62,276 bases of DNA, taken from positions 25,527 to 87,802 of the forward strand of contig DAHO01000052.1 in assembly GCA_002498455.1 (NCBI GenBank), read 5' to 3'. Every line of letters starts with the position of its first letter. Position 1 is the stretch's first letter. The notes beneath the pieces were generated by a model, which did not search any database, was not told where the DNA came from, and saw nothing but the letters and a program-made list of their open reading frames with translations. The translations under genes and the position numbers were made by a program. The stretch is from Euryarchaeota archaeon UBA602. GTDB lineage: Archaea; Thermoplasmatota; Poseidoniia; Poseidoniales; Thalassarchaeaceae. Positions 33,969-42,526 of the stretch are shown here, piece after piece.

Positions 33969-34214
33969 CTAGATGGCAGTAGGTGCGACGTGATCATCAT
34001 CCTTGTCATCAGGTGTCCGAACACGATTCCAGACATTTGACATCAAGTTGGAATGGCATTTGGCACAATAATGGAACCGTCTGTAGGCTTCATGAAATGA
34101 GTACGCCTTCTTTCCCGTAGCCACTAGAAATCCCTCGGGTGAGAGTCTCGAGATGGTTGTTCCATCTTCATCGCAACCAGGATAATCACAGCGCGGCATC
34201 GAATTCACAGACAT
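33969..34214 (-). CDS. small Cys4 zinc-ribbon-like protein
   Basis: This 81-aa ORF has CDYPGC ... CAKC (CX4C / CX2C) and lies 19 nt downstream of the BCCP gene on the same strand. Confidence 0.5.
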   Translation of the reverse strand: MSVNSMPRCDYPGCDEDGTTISRLSPEGFLVATGKKAYSFHEAYRRFHYCAKCHSNLMSNVWNRVRTPDDKDDDHVAPTAI

Positions 34215-34233
34215 GCCTACACTTCCTTCCTAT

Positions 34234-34761
34234 TCAACCCTCGTCCTGCACTGGAGGTGTGATGACTACGAGTGGGACATTTGCTTCAACATTCATTCCA
34301 TCCTCACAATGGACTTCACTCACAGTTCCTGAAATGGGTGCAGCGACTTCATTTTGCATTTTCATCGCCTCCAAAATTAGAATCGTTTGTCCTTCTTCAA
34401 CGGATTCTCCAACACTGACTTCTACCGTCACCACTTTGCCTGGCATACTTGCACTGACTGTACCACTTCGTTTTCGTCCACCAGCGGAACCACGCTTTCG
34501 GGGGGCAGAACCCTTCGCTTCTGGAATGATAAAATCGAATGTGCGTCCTTCAATGGTGGCCCGATAGTTTTCTCCATCGACCTCAACATCGACTTCAAAC
34601 TCTTCACCATCAATGATGACTTTTCGTTTTTCTCCGATTGTCTCACCTCCATGTTGAACGCTTGCGACGATTCTCAAGCACATTGGTCGTACCCATTCTT
34701 GTTCTTCGATGATCTTGACTCCACGCAGGACCCAACGTTCGTCCCTGCTGGCTTCGTTCAT
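34234..34761 (-). CDS. biotin carboxyl carrier protein / biotinyl-domain subunit of acyl-CoA carboxylase
   Basis: The C-terminal biotinyl domain carries ILILEAMKMQNEVAAPISGTV (the AMKM biotinyl-lysine motif). The start is uncertain because the first 119 nt overlap the upstream small ORF in another frame. Confidence 0.8.
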   Translation of the reverse strand: MNEASRDERWVLRGVKIIEEQEWVRPMCLRIVASVQHGGETIGEKRKVIIDGEEFEVDVEVDGENYRATIEGRTFDFIIPEAKGSAPRKRGSAGGRKRSGTVSASMPGKVVTVEVSVGESVEEGQTILILEAMKMQNEVAAPISGTVSEVHCEDGMNVEANVPLVVITPPVQDEG

Positions 34762-34918
34762 CGACCACAGTGGCCATTGAAAATACAGCTACCAGGGCAG
34801 CTGCGCGTAACAATTCCTCGCGGCCAGTAGGAACCTCCTGAGGGGGAGTTTCTATCTCGCGTTCTCGCGCGGTTTTCAGGACACTCTCCAAGGATTTTGC
34901 ATAGGAATCAGAACTCAT
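34643..34918 (-). CDS. possible small accessory subunit (epsilon/OadG-like) of the carboxylase
   Basis: This 91-aa ORF lies immediately after pccB. Its N-terminal 55 aa contain REELLRAAALVAVFSMATVV, which resembles the EEL-AA-hydrophobic motif of small carboxylase/decarboxylase subunits. The C-terminal part is Arg-rich and overlaps the BCCP frame. Confidence 0.35.
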   Translation of the reverse strand: MSSDSYAKSLESVLKTAREREIETPPQEVPTGREELLRAAALVAVFSMATVVDERSQQGRTLGPAWSQDHRRTRMGTTNVLENRRKRSTWR

Positions 34919-34927
34919 TGCAATTCC

Positions 34928-36481
34928 TCACAGTGGGATGTTTCCGTGCTTTCTTGCCGGCCTTGTTTCTTCCTTGTCCAAGAGCATACCAAGGGCCTTC
35001 ACCAAACGATTTCGAGTATCACTCGGCTCGATGACATCATCAATGTAGCCCATGGCAGCAGCTTGGTAAGGGTTGGCGAATCTCTCAGTATACTCGTCGA
35101 CCAATCGCTGGCGCTCTTCATCAGGATTTCCAGCGGCTTGGATTCGTCTTCGATGAATGATTTGTACGGCACCATCCGCGCCCATGACGGCAAGTTCTGC
35201 AGTGGGCCAAGCCACATTGTAATCTGCTCGTATGTGTTTTGAACACATTACGTCGTAAGCTCCACCATAGGCCTTTCTCATGATTACCGTCATCTTTGGA
35301 ACCGTAGCTTCTGAATATGCGTACAACAATTTCGCACCATGACGGATAATTCCTCCCCATTCTTGGTTCGCCCCAGGGAGGAATCCGGGCACGTCAACCA
35401 AAGTCACCAGTGGGATTCCGAATGCGTCACAGAATCTGACAAATCGAGCGGCCTTCGTGGACGCATCAATATCTAGACAACCGGCCAGAACCTTGGGTTG
35501 ATTGGCGACGACTCCAATTGTCGTACCATTTAGTCGACCAAAACCGACGACAATATTTGCAGCAAAGTTGGCCTGAACTTCAAGGAATGCACCTGAATCA
35601 AGAATCTCAGAAATGACATCATTGACATCGTAGGGCTTGTTTGGATCTTCAGGTACAATCGAATCGAGTGATTCACACATTCGAGTTGCCGAATCTCCAG
35701 TGCCCTTGTGTGGCGCACCTGAGAGATTGTTTGAGGGTAGAAGGCCAATCAATTCCCGTGTCAACTCAATGGCATCTTCATCCGTCGACGCTGTAAAGTG
35801 AGTGACTCCTGACTTACTCCCATGCGTCATGGCTCCTCCGAGATCTTCGAACGAGACTTCTTCATTTGTGACTGTCTTGATGACCTCAGGGCCGGTGATG
35901 AACATGTGAGATGTTTGATCGACCATGATAACAAAATCAGTAATGGCTGGACTGTATACGGCTCCACCTGCGCACGGGCCCATGATTACACTAATCTGAG
36001 GTATGACTCCACTCGCACGAACATTCCGAAAGAAAATCTCAGCATATGAACCCAGGCTAGCAACTCCTTCCTGGATTCTCGCCCCGCCCGAATCGTTCAA
36101 GCCAATCACCGGAGTGCCTGATTTCATGGCCATATCGAGAATTTTGCAAATCTTGAGACCATGCATTTCACCCAAACTGCCACCATAAACAGTAAAATCC
36201 TGGGCAAAGCAATGCACAGGTTTGCCATCAATTGTACCGTGACCACAAACGACGCCATCTCCGGGGATGATATTCCCTTCCATGCCAAAATCAGTACATC
36301 GATGTTCGACCAGAGCATCGACTTCTTGGAACGAACCTTCGTCGAGCAGTAATTCCAATCGTTCTCTGGCAGTTAACTTCCCCCGGTTATGTTGCGCATC
36401 GATGCGCTGGGACCCGCCACCAGCTTCTGATTGGGCCTTTCTCCGGCGCAATTCATCGAGTCGTTCGTCTGCTGCCCCCAT
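34928..36481 (-). CDS. pccB: propionyl-/acyl-CoA carboxylase carboxyltransferase (beta) subunit
   Basis: Carboxyltransferase signatures are present: [69 protein letters not shown]. It is trimmed from ATG 36550 to ATG 36481 ([15 protein letters not shown]...GGG) by comparison with the usual N-terminal spacing. The alternative start remains possible. Confidence 0.9.
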   Translation of the reverse strand: MGAADERLDELRRRKAQSEAGGGSQRIDAQHNRGKLTARERLELLLDEGSFQEVDALVEHRCTDFGMEGNIIPGDGVVCGHGTIDGKPVHCFAQDFTVYGGSLGEMHGLKICKILDMAMKSGTPVIGLNDSGGARIQEGVASLGSYAEIFFRNVRASGVIPQISVIMGPCAGGAVYSPAITDFVIMVDQTSHMFITGPEVIKTVTNEEVSFEDLGGAMTHGSKSGVTHFTASTDEDAIELTRELIGLLPSNNLSGAPHKGTGDSATRMCESLDSIVPEDPNKPYDVNDVISEILDSGAFLEVQANFAANIVVGFGRLNGTTIGVVANQPKVLAGCLDIDASTKAARFVRFCDAFGIPLVTLVDVPGFLPGANQEWGGIIRHGAKLLYAYSEATVPKMTVIMRKAYGGAYDVMCSKHIRADYNVAWPTAELAVMGADGAVQIIHRRRIQAAGNPDEERQRLVDEYTERFANPYQAAAMGYIDDVIEPSDTRNRLVKALGMLLDKEETRPARKHGNIPL

Positions 36482-36588
36482 GGCCCTCAGCACCTCCGTT
36501 GTCACAAGCCGCCCATGAAGATAGCCCCCTCTGGGGGCTGTTTTTCTCATCCGTGGGGTTCAAGTCGTTATCCCGGCTCGACTCAAAT

Positions 36589-36981
36589 ATGCCAACACCT
36601 TTGCGCATCGTGATTGCCAAACCCGGCTTGGACGGTCATGACCGTGGTGCCAAGGTTGTTGCAAGAGCCCTTAGGGATGCGGGACATGAAGTGATTTACA
36701 CGGGACTTCGTCGAACTCCTGAACAGATTGTACGAATTGCAATGGATGAAGACGCTCAGGTGGTCGGTCTTTCTTCGTTATCGGGAGCGCATGGTTTCTT
36801 ATTTCCCAAAGTCTGTGAATTGCTTCGCAAAGCTGGACTTGAAGATGTGGTTGTATTTGGTGGTGGAATCATTCCAGAACGCGATCGACCAGCGCTGTAT
36901 AAATCCGGAATTTCAGCAATATTCGGGCCCGGGACCACATCTAGTGAGATGATTGAATTTCTGAACAATCTGGAGGTGTGA
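36589..36981 (+). CDS. methylmalonyl-CoA mutase, B12-binding small subunit
   Basis: [34 protein letters not shown] contains the DxHxxG cobalamin-binding motif. It is trimmed to the ATG at 36589 and is 130 aa. Confidence 0.85.
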   Translation: MPTPLRIVIAKPGLDGHDRGAKVVARALRDAGHEVIYTGLRRTPEQIVRIAMDEDAQVVGLSSLSGAHGFLFPKVCELLRKAGLEDVVVFGGGIIPERDRPALYKSGISAIFGPGTTSSEMIEFLNNLEV

Positions 36982-36983
36982 AT

Positions 36984-37802
36984 ATGAATCGGCGCGAGCT
37001 TGCTCGGGCACTTTCGAATCCAGAATCAATTGTTGCATCCGAGCGCCCCAAGAATCCGTGGTGTGTTCTTGGTGTGACGGGTGCACCAGGCGTTGGAAAA
37101 TCCTGCCTGGTCGATCAAATTGTAAAAGGGTGGCTTGCGGGTGGAGAGAAAGTTGCTATACTGGCCGTTGACCCCTCTTCACCTATCTCAGGAGGGGCTC
37201 TACTTGGCGACAGGATGCGAATGTCTTCAGTCGATGCAGGGGAGAATGTATTCTTTCGCTCTATAGCAACCAGAAACTTGCCTGGCGGAGTTCCATCTCA
37301 CTTGAATAAGATGGTGGATTTACTGATTGAACAGGGCTGGACCAAAGTCATCATTGAAACGGTTGGGGCGGGCCAATCAGAAATTCGTGTTGTTGCCGTT
37401 GCGGATCGTATTCTATTGGTCGAAGGTCCTGCACGCGGAGATGTTATTCAGGCTGAGAAGGCAGGTATTCTCGAGTTGGCCGATATTGTAGCAGTGAATA
37501 AGTGCGATTTGGAAGGTGCTGATCGAGTTGCCGAAGAGATACGCTTGTCTCTGAATTTTTCTGCGGATGAGCCCGCACCAGTTATCCTTTGCTCCGCAGA
37601 AACTGGAGAGGGTATCGAGGACCTCCTCGAAACCATCAACACATTGTCTTGTGCGAAGGGGCCAACCATTGCCAAAGCGAGGGAACGCCTTTTGGCCGCA
37701 CATCAGGAATTGATGCTTAATCACCCAAATTTCACCGATGCAGTCAAGGGCTTGTCTGACGGACGGTATACTGTTGAAGAAGCTCTTCAACGGCTTAGAT
37801 GA
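36984..37802 (+). CDS. meaB: methylmalonyl-CoA mutase-associated GTPase (MeaB/ArgK family)
   Basis: It has the P-loop GVTGAPGVGKS, ETVGAGQSE, and the NKCD G4 motif. GGAGGTG lies upstream of the ATG at 36984. Confidence 0.85.
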   Translation: MNRRELARALSNPESIVASERPKNPWCVLGVTGAPGVGKSCLVDQIVKGWLAGGEKVAILAVDPSSPISGGALLGDRMRMSSVDAGENVFFRSIATRNLPGGVPSHLNKMVDLLIEQGWTKVIIETVGAGQSEIRVVAVADRILLVEGPARGDVIQAEKAGILELADIVAVNKCDLEGADRVAEEIRLSLNFSADEPAPVILCSAETGEGIEDLLETINTLSCAKGPTIAKARERLLAAHQELMLNHPNFTDAVKGLSDGRYTVEEALQRLR

Positions 37803-37811
37803 GGTCCGGGA

Positions 37812-38477
37812 ATGTCCGAAATACAGTTTGACGCCGATGCAGAAATCGAGTATGATGGGGATCACGTAAAGCATAGTGTAGGTGGCAAAGGAGGACACAT
37901 TTTTCGTCGCCTATTCCACGTATCGATGGCTTTTCTTCCATGGATATACTACGTTCATGGAGAGACGATTGGTCAGTTACTTTCCATCCAGCCTGTACAG
38001 TTCGCGGCTGCGATTGGAATCACCCTTTTGATTCTCGAAATGATTCGAATCCGTTTTGGGATTTTGATTTTCGGGCAGCGAGAATATGAGAAAAATCAGA
38101 TCAGTGCCCTCGCTTGGGGTTCACTTTCAATTTCAATGACATTCGTTGCACTTCACAATTGGCAAGGTGGGGATGGAGTTCACGATGGGTGGTTGGTCAT
38201 CCCCATTGTGTTGTGTTTGACGTTTGGGGATCCTGCGATGGGGGAGGCTCGTCGTAAGGGACTTGATGATCGAACAGTGTTTGCAATCGGGACCATCGTT
38301 TGTGGCGTAACTTGGCTCGGCTGTGGTTATTTCTTCGGAACACCTTACTGGATGGCAATTTTGATGGGGCCACTGACCACAGCTGCAGAATGGCCAAAAC
38401 TTCGATGGATTGATGACAATGGAACCATGGTTCTCATTCCATTGGCGGTGACCATTTTGTTGGCACCATTCCTGTAA
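37812..38477 (+). CDS. integral membrane protein, polyprenol (dolichol/phytol) kinase-like
   Basis: This 221-aa ORF has about 6 TM. FGDPAMGEARRKG resembles the GDxxAxxxGxxxG motif of the CTP-dependent polyprenol kinase family. The functional call is weak. Confidence 0.5.
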   Translation: MSEIQFDADAEIEYDGDHVKHSVGGKGGHIFRRLFHVSMAFLPWIYYVHGETIGQLLSIQPVQFAAAIGITLLILEMIRIRFGILIFGQREYEKNQISALAWGSLSISMTFVALHNWQGGDGVHDGWLVIPIVLCLTFGDPAMGEARRKGLDDRTVFAIGTIVCGVTWLGCGYFFGTPYWMAILMGPLTTAAEWPKLRWIDDNGTMVLIPLAVTILLAPFL

Positions 38478-38527
38478 GCATCCAGTTTACACGCTACGTT
38501 TACAAAGCGAATTCAGGTGGGCAAACC

Positions 38528-38641
38528 ATGTCAGAAGAAGCAGAACCACTGTCCGATGATGCACCCGGTCAAGGGCTCTACATTTTCGCGTACCTGTTTT
38601 CGATGGCGGCTTTGGCAGTGACCATGTTCCTATACACGTAA
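38528..38641 (+). CDS. candidate 37-aa single-TM micro-protein
   Basis: The ORF runs ATG...TAA and is below the ORF-track cutoff. The translation is MSEEAEPLSDDAPGQGLYIFAYLFSMAALAVTMFLYT. An AGGTGG Shine-Dalgarno-like word lies about 8 nt upstream, in an otherwise empty 209-nt gap. Confidence 0.35.
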   Translation: MSEEAEPLSDDAPGQGLYIFAYLFSMAALAVTMFLYT

Positions 38642-38692
38642 TTCTGTAAGATTCGACCACGCCTTGAAATGCGTTGACATAGGCCCATGGTC

Positions 38693-40456
38693 ATGTGCGG
38701 TATCGCTGGAATCTTCGGCCCCAATGGGGACGATTCAGCCTTGGCACAATCTATGGCCGCAATGCTGAATCATCGTGGTCCTGACGGAATACAATCGTGG
38801 TCTGAACCCTGTCAACACGGTGGCGTAGGGTTAGGTCACACACGATTGTCAATTGTTGACGTTGCCGGTTCGACTCAACCGCTACACTCGGATGATGGTT
38901 GTGTGTTGGTAATGAATGGAGAAATTTACAATCATCAACAAATCCGTAATGATGAACGAGGATTTTCTTTTCGAACTCAGGGAGATGGTGAATCCATTTT
39001 AGCAGCTTACGCTGCACGGCACGATGATGTTTCTTGGGTCCAACGCTTGGATGGAATATGGTCATTCGCACTTTGGGATTCTGCTCGACAAGTCCTCATC
39101 TTGTGTCGCGATCGTTTGGGTGTGAAGCCCTTGGTTCGGACCCAAAATACAGATGGCAATCTGTTGTTTGGTTCTGAAGTCAAGTCGTTGCGAGCTTATT
39201 CTGAATATCATTCTACCATCGATATGAATGCTCTTGTTGCACGTATTGCCTTCGAGTATCCATTGGATCAAACAACATTGTTTGAGGACGTCCACTCAGT
39301 GGAGCCGGGTTCCATCGAAACTTGGAAACTGACTGAAAATGGAGCACAATTGGAACAAAGGAATCGATGGATTGATTCTTATTTATCCAATCCTCAGAAA
39401 TCATGGAATCCGACAGAAGACGCCTCGATTTTACTCGAATCATTGACTCAATCGGTGGCTGATCGTTTAATGTCGGATGTTCCTTTGGGAATTGTCCTCA
39501 GTGGTGGTCTAGACTCGGCCATGGTGGCTGCCATTTCTCACGAAGCCTCACGACGAACGGGCTACCCTCTTCCCGCATGTTGGACGGTTGCAGAATCTGA
39601 AGATAATCCAGACTGGAAAGCGGCTGAAATCGTTTGTCAAGCACTCGACTTGGAGCACCATCAGCACGTACTTGAGGACAATAGCTTCAATCGTTCGCTG
39701 CCTAACTTGTCTTGGCATGGTGAAGATTTGGACATCACTGTACTGTTCTTCCAACCCCTCTTTTCGACGATGTCAAAATCGGTCAAAGTTGGATTGTGTG
39801 GACAGGGTGCGGATGAGTTGCATGCTGGATATCCTCGATACAAGGATCTAACCAGCCATCGACTTTCGATTGATTCAAGATTGGATGCATGTGAACATCC
39901 GTTCGCAAATCGATTGCGGGGAGGGAAAATTGTTGAAGATGGATGGTCTGGAAATCACAATCCGAGCACCGTTTTTTCAAGTTTACACTCGGCTCTGGAT
40001 TACGAAATGAATCATGGGCAATTGACAAATTTTCAGTTACGACTGGTCGATCGACATAGCATGGCTCACGGACTTGAAGTTCGGGTTCCTTTCCTCGGAC
40101 AGCCACATGTAGGTGCATCTTCCGACCTTCCACTGGATTGGAAGCTCTCACCCGATGTGGAAAAGTTGGCTTTACGAGCCGCCGCAGATTTGACTCGATT
40201 GCCAAAAGAAATTGTCAATCGTCCGAAATTGCCTGCGGGTCGTGCAACATCTCCGACCATGATCGAGAATTTATTGGAAGAGTTGCATGGGCATGCATTG
40301 CAATACGCCAATGATTTCCCACAATTGGCAGGGATGTTCAAAGATCAGCCTGAAATCTCACTTGGCCTGAGGTTGTTCCGTTCCTTGCATATCACCGATG
40401 GTGGAGTCGGTCGTGAACACAAAGATTTGATGACCCTATTGGAGGATGTTGAATGA
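38693..40456 (+). CDS. asnB: asparagine synthase (glutamine-hydrolysing)
   Basis: It has the Ntn-amidotransferase start MCGIAGIFG and the PP-loop LSGGLDSAMVAA. The start is moved to the Met preceding the catalytic Cys. Confidence 0.85.
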   Translation: MCGIAGIFGPNGDDSALAQSMAAMLNHRGPDGIQSWSEPCQHGGVGLGHTRLSIVDVAGSTQPLHSDDGCVLVMNGEIYNHQQIRNDERGFSFRTQGDGESILAAYAARHDDVSWVQRLDGIWSFALWDSARQVLILCRDRLGVKPLVRTQNTDGNLLFGSEVKSLRAYSEYHSTIDMNALVARIAFEYPLDQTTLFEDVHSVEPGSIETWKLTENGAQLEQRNRWIDSYLSNPQKSWNPTEDASILLESLTQSVADRLMSDVPLGIVLSGGLDSAMVAAISHEASRRTGYPLPACWTVAESEDNPDWKAAEIVCQALDLEHHQHVLEDNSFNRSLPNLSWHGEDLDITVLFFQPLFSTMSKSVKVGLCGQGADELHAGYPRYKDLTSHRLSIDSRLDACEHPFANRLRGGKIVEDGWSGNHNPSTVFSSLHSALDYEMNHGQLTNFQLRLVDRHSMAHGLEVRVPFLGQPHVGASSDLPLDWKLSPDVEKLALRAAADLTRLPKEIVNRPKLPAGRATSPTMIENLLEELHGHALQYANDFPQLAGMFKDQPEISLGLRLFRSLHITDGGVGREHKDLMTLLEDVE

Positions 40457-41586
40457 TGTCATATGTTGGGCCGGATATTCTGGCTGAACTTGAGGAAAAA
40501 ATCATCTCTAAGGAACAAGAGATTACGTCGTGGTTTGCTGAGAAGAGATCTAAACTAAAGATGCCAATCTATGGCTCTGTCGACATTCGTGATGCCAATT
40601 GGAAAGTTGCGGTCGTAGATGCGAACCAATTTCCTGCAGGTTTCAATAATTTGCAGGATGGCGATATTGGAGAACACTTCCGAAATGCCATCGGTGATTT
40701 ACGACATGTACACATCTGGCCTGAGGCTCATACTCGAAACCCTGCTTATGTTGAGCATTTGTCAGCTTTATCGGCAATCTTGGAGGAGGAAGGTTATGCT
40801 GTAACGGTGGGTGTCTTAGAAACTCACGAAGAGGTTCCAGTGAATATTGAGGGTGCGGTTCCCGACTTGATTCTACTCAACAATGATCTTACTGATGGCC
40901 CGCTCCCGGACCTCGGTGTCCCCGTTGTTCCATCTCCAAAAATGGGTTGGTACCAACGCCGTAAGTCGTCTCATTTCAAGGCGATTCAACCATTGGTAGA
41001 TGAGATTTCACAGTTGCTTGACATCGATCCTTGGCTACTCTCAACACAGTGGTTTGTCTCCGAGGGGAAGTGTTTGGACAAAGATACCTGCCGTACATTA
41101 TTGGCTGCTGAAGCGGATAATTTCTTGGCAGATTTACAATCAAAGTATGATCAATATGGGATTTCAGGTACCCCTACTTTGTTTGTGAAAAATGATGCTG
41201 GAACCTTTGGATTGGGGATTATCGAAATCACTTCTGGCGAAGAGTTACTAGCATTATCGAATCGAAAGATGCGAAAACTGACCTATGGAAAAGGGGGAAC
41301 AGAAGCTGAAGATTTCTTGCTGCAGGAAGGTGTCCCTAGCGCACTTTCATGGGATGGTATGGTTGTAGAACCCGTCGCATATTGTGCCAACGGCCGTGTT
41401 GGGGGTTGGTTTTATCGGGCAAATGCCAAGAAAGGCGAGATGGCCAATCTCAATAGTCCATCTTCTGTATTTATCCATCCACATGAAATTGAGAATCCTG
41501 CCATCGCATCTAGGCGTCAACACTGGCACATGTTGGTGGCAGAAATCGCCATGCTTGGAATCGCCATTGAGTCGGCTTCACTCTAA
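40453..41586 (+). CDS. glutamate--cysteine ligase-like protein (GshA, archaeal/proteobacterial small type)
   Basis: This 377-aa ORF has YGSVDIRDANWKVAVVDANQFPAGFNNL, which matches my recollection of the small GshA family N-terminal motif. Its ATG overlaps the asnB stop (ATGA). The family assignment needs an HMM check. Confidence 0.55.
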   Translation: MMSYVGPDILAELEEKIISKEQEITSWFAEKRSKLKMPIYGSVDIRDANWKVAVVDANQFPAGFNNLQDGDIGEHFRNAIGDLRHVHIWPEAHTRNPAYVEHLSALSAILEEEGYAVTVGVLETHEEVPVNIEGAVPDLILLNNDLTDGPLPDLGVPVVPSPKMGWYQRRKSSHFKAIQPLVDEISQLLDIDPWLLSTQWFVSEGKCLDKDTCRTLLAAEADNFLADLQSKYDQYGISGTPTLFVKNDAGTFGLGIIEITSGEELLALSNRKMRKLTYGKGGTEAEDFLLQEGVPSALSWDGMVVEPVAYCANGRVGGWFYRANAKKGEMANLNSPSSVFIHPHEIENPAIASRRQHWHMLVAEIAMLGIAIESASL

Positions 41587-41865
41587 TTCATCACTCACCA
41601 TCTCTGGTGGTGCATCCATGCCCATGATTTCGTAATTTGAGGGGAATAATGCAACGAGAACACCAGCGATACCAACAACAAGTGCCGACCAAAACATTTG
41701 GTAAGCAATTGCCATCTCTAGAGCGATTGCAACCAATAGTAACCCTCCTAGGTTGGAAATCCAAACCAATCGCTTGAATGTAGCCAAACCAACACCTTTG
41801 GTTGTCCCTGACATCGATTCTGGTCCGAACTCAGCTCCAAATCGAATGGGTTTGTCTTCAGCCAT
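41578..41865 (-). CDS. small membrane protein (2 TM), last gene of the Rieske/cyt b operon
   Basis: This 95-aa ORF has an ATG start and hydrophobic segments LGGLLLVAIALEMAIA and ALVVGIAGVLVALF. Confidence 0.5.
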   Translation of the reverse strand: MAEDKPIRFGAEFGPESMSGTTKGVGLATFKRLVWISNLGGLLLVAIALEMAIAYQMFWSALVVGIAGVLVALFPSNYEIMGMDAPPEMVSDELE

Positions 41866-41900
41866 ATTCTCTCCTCAATGAATCTACACATCAATACTTG

Positions 41901-42233
41901 TCAACGGTCAATCATGATGATTGCATCTGTTGGACAAGACAACACACAGAGCCGACATCCTGTACAAGGGTCTCGAAGCACCTTTGCCTTACGGTTGACA
42001 TCGATGTTCAAAATCGGACTGCTCAAAGGTGTATCATACAATTCGATGGCATCATCATCACACACCAAGGTACATTGATCACATCCAATGCAGAGATCTT
42101 CCTTGACGAAGGCCACCGTACCAGGTCCCCCTTTGACCTTTTCACGCGCTTCCGTGCGCATAGAATTCAGTGCAAGTCGGATACGTGCGGCTTCGCCACG
42201 CCGCCGGGCATCCAACTCAGCACGAGTCGTCAT
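41901..42233 (-). CDS. 2x[4Fe-4S] ferredoxin-domain protein
   Basis: Two CX2CX2CX3C(P/D) motifs are present: CIGCDQCTLVCDDDAI and CTGCRLCVLSCPTDAI. Confidence 0.8.
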   Translation of the reverse strand: MTTRAELDARRRGEAARIRLALNSMRTEAREKVKGGPGTVAFVKEDLCIGCDQCTLVCDDDAIELYDTPLSSPILNIDVNRKAKVLRDPCTGCRLCVLSCPTDAIIMIDR

Positions 42234-42268
42234 GTATATTGGGTGTACATGGTGCTTCTCAAATCTTC

Positions 42269-42526
42269 CTAAGCAAAGAATGTCAGCCAGAGCGGATGAA
42301 TCGAAATTACAAATGCCACACAGAATCCAGTCAGTGTTCCCTTGGCCATATTGGGTCGATCATATCCTAGGGCGACCAGGATCAGGAAGAAACCGATGAT
42401 CAGGTCACAGACCATCCCAATCCAAGCAGCTTTCCATGACAACATCAGGGCCACAGTCAGTGTAGCAACAGGGCCAATCATGAATCCAGAAATCCAATCT
42501 CGATCAAGCGAGACCAAGTATCTCAC
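42269..42526 (-). CDS. small membrane protein (3 TM)
   Basis: This 85-aa ORF has a GTG start overlapping the stop of the upstream 941-aa gene (GTGA). It is strongly hydrophobic. Confidence 0.5.
   Translation of the reverse strand: MRYLVSLDRDWISGFMIGPVATLTVALMLSWKAAWIGMVCDLIIGFFLILVALGYDRPNMAKGTLTGFCVAFVISIHPLWLTFFA

Noticed and set aside
36482-36588. Long N-terminal extensions of pccB (to 36550) and of the mutase small subunit (from 36499), which would overlap each other on opposite strands.
   Set aside because: Internal ATGs at 36481 and 36589 give N-termini matching the usual family spacing and remove the overlap. The pccB alternative start remains possible and is noted in the findings.
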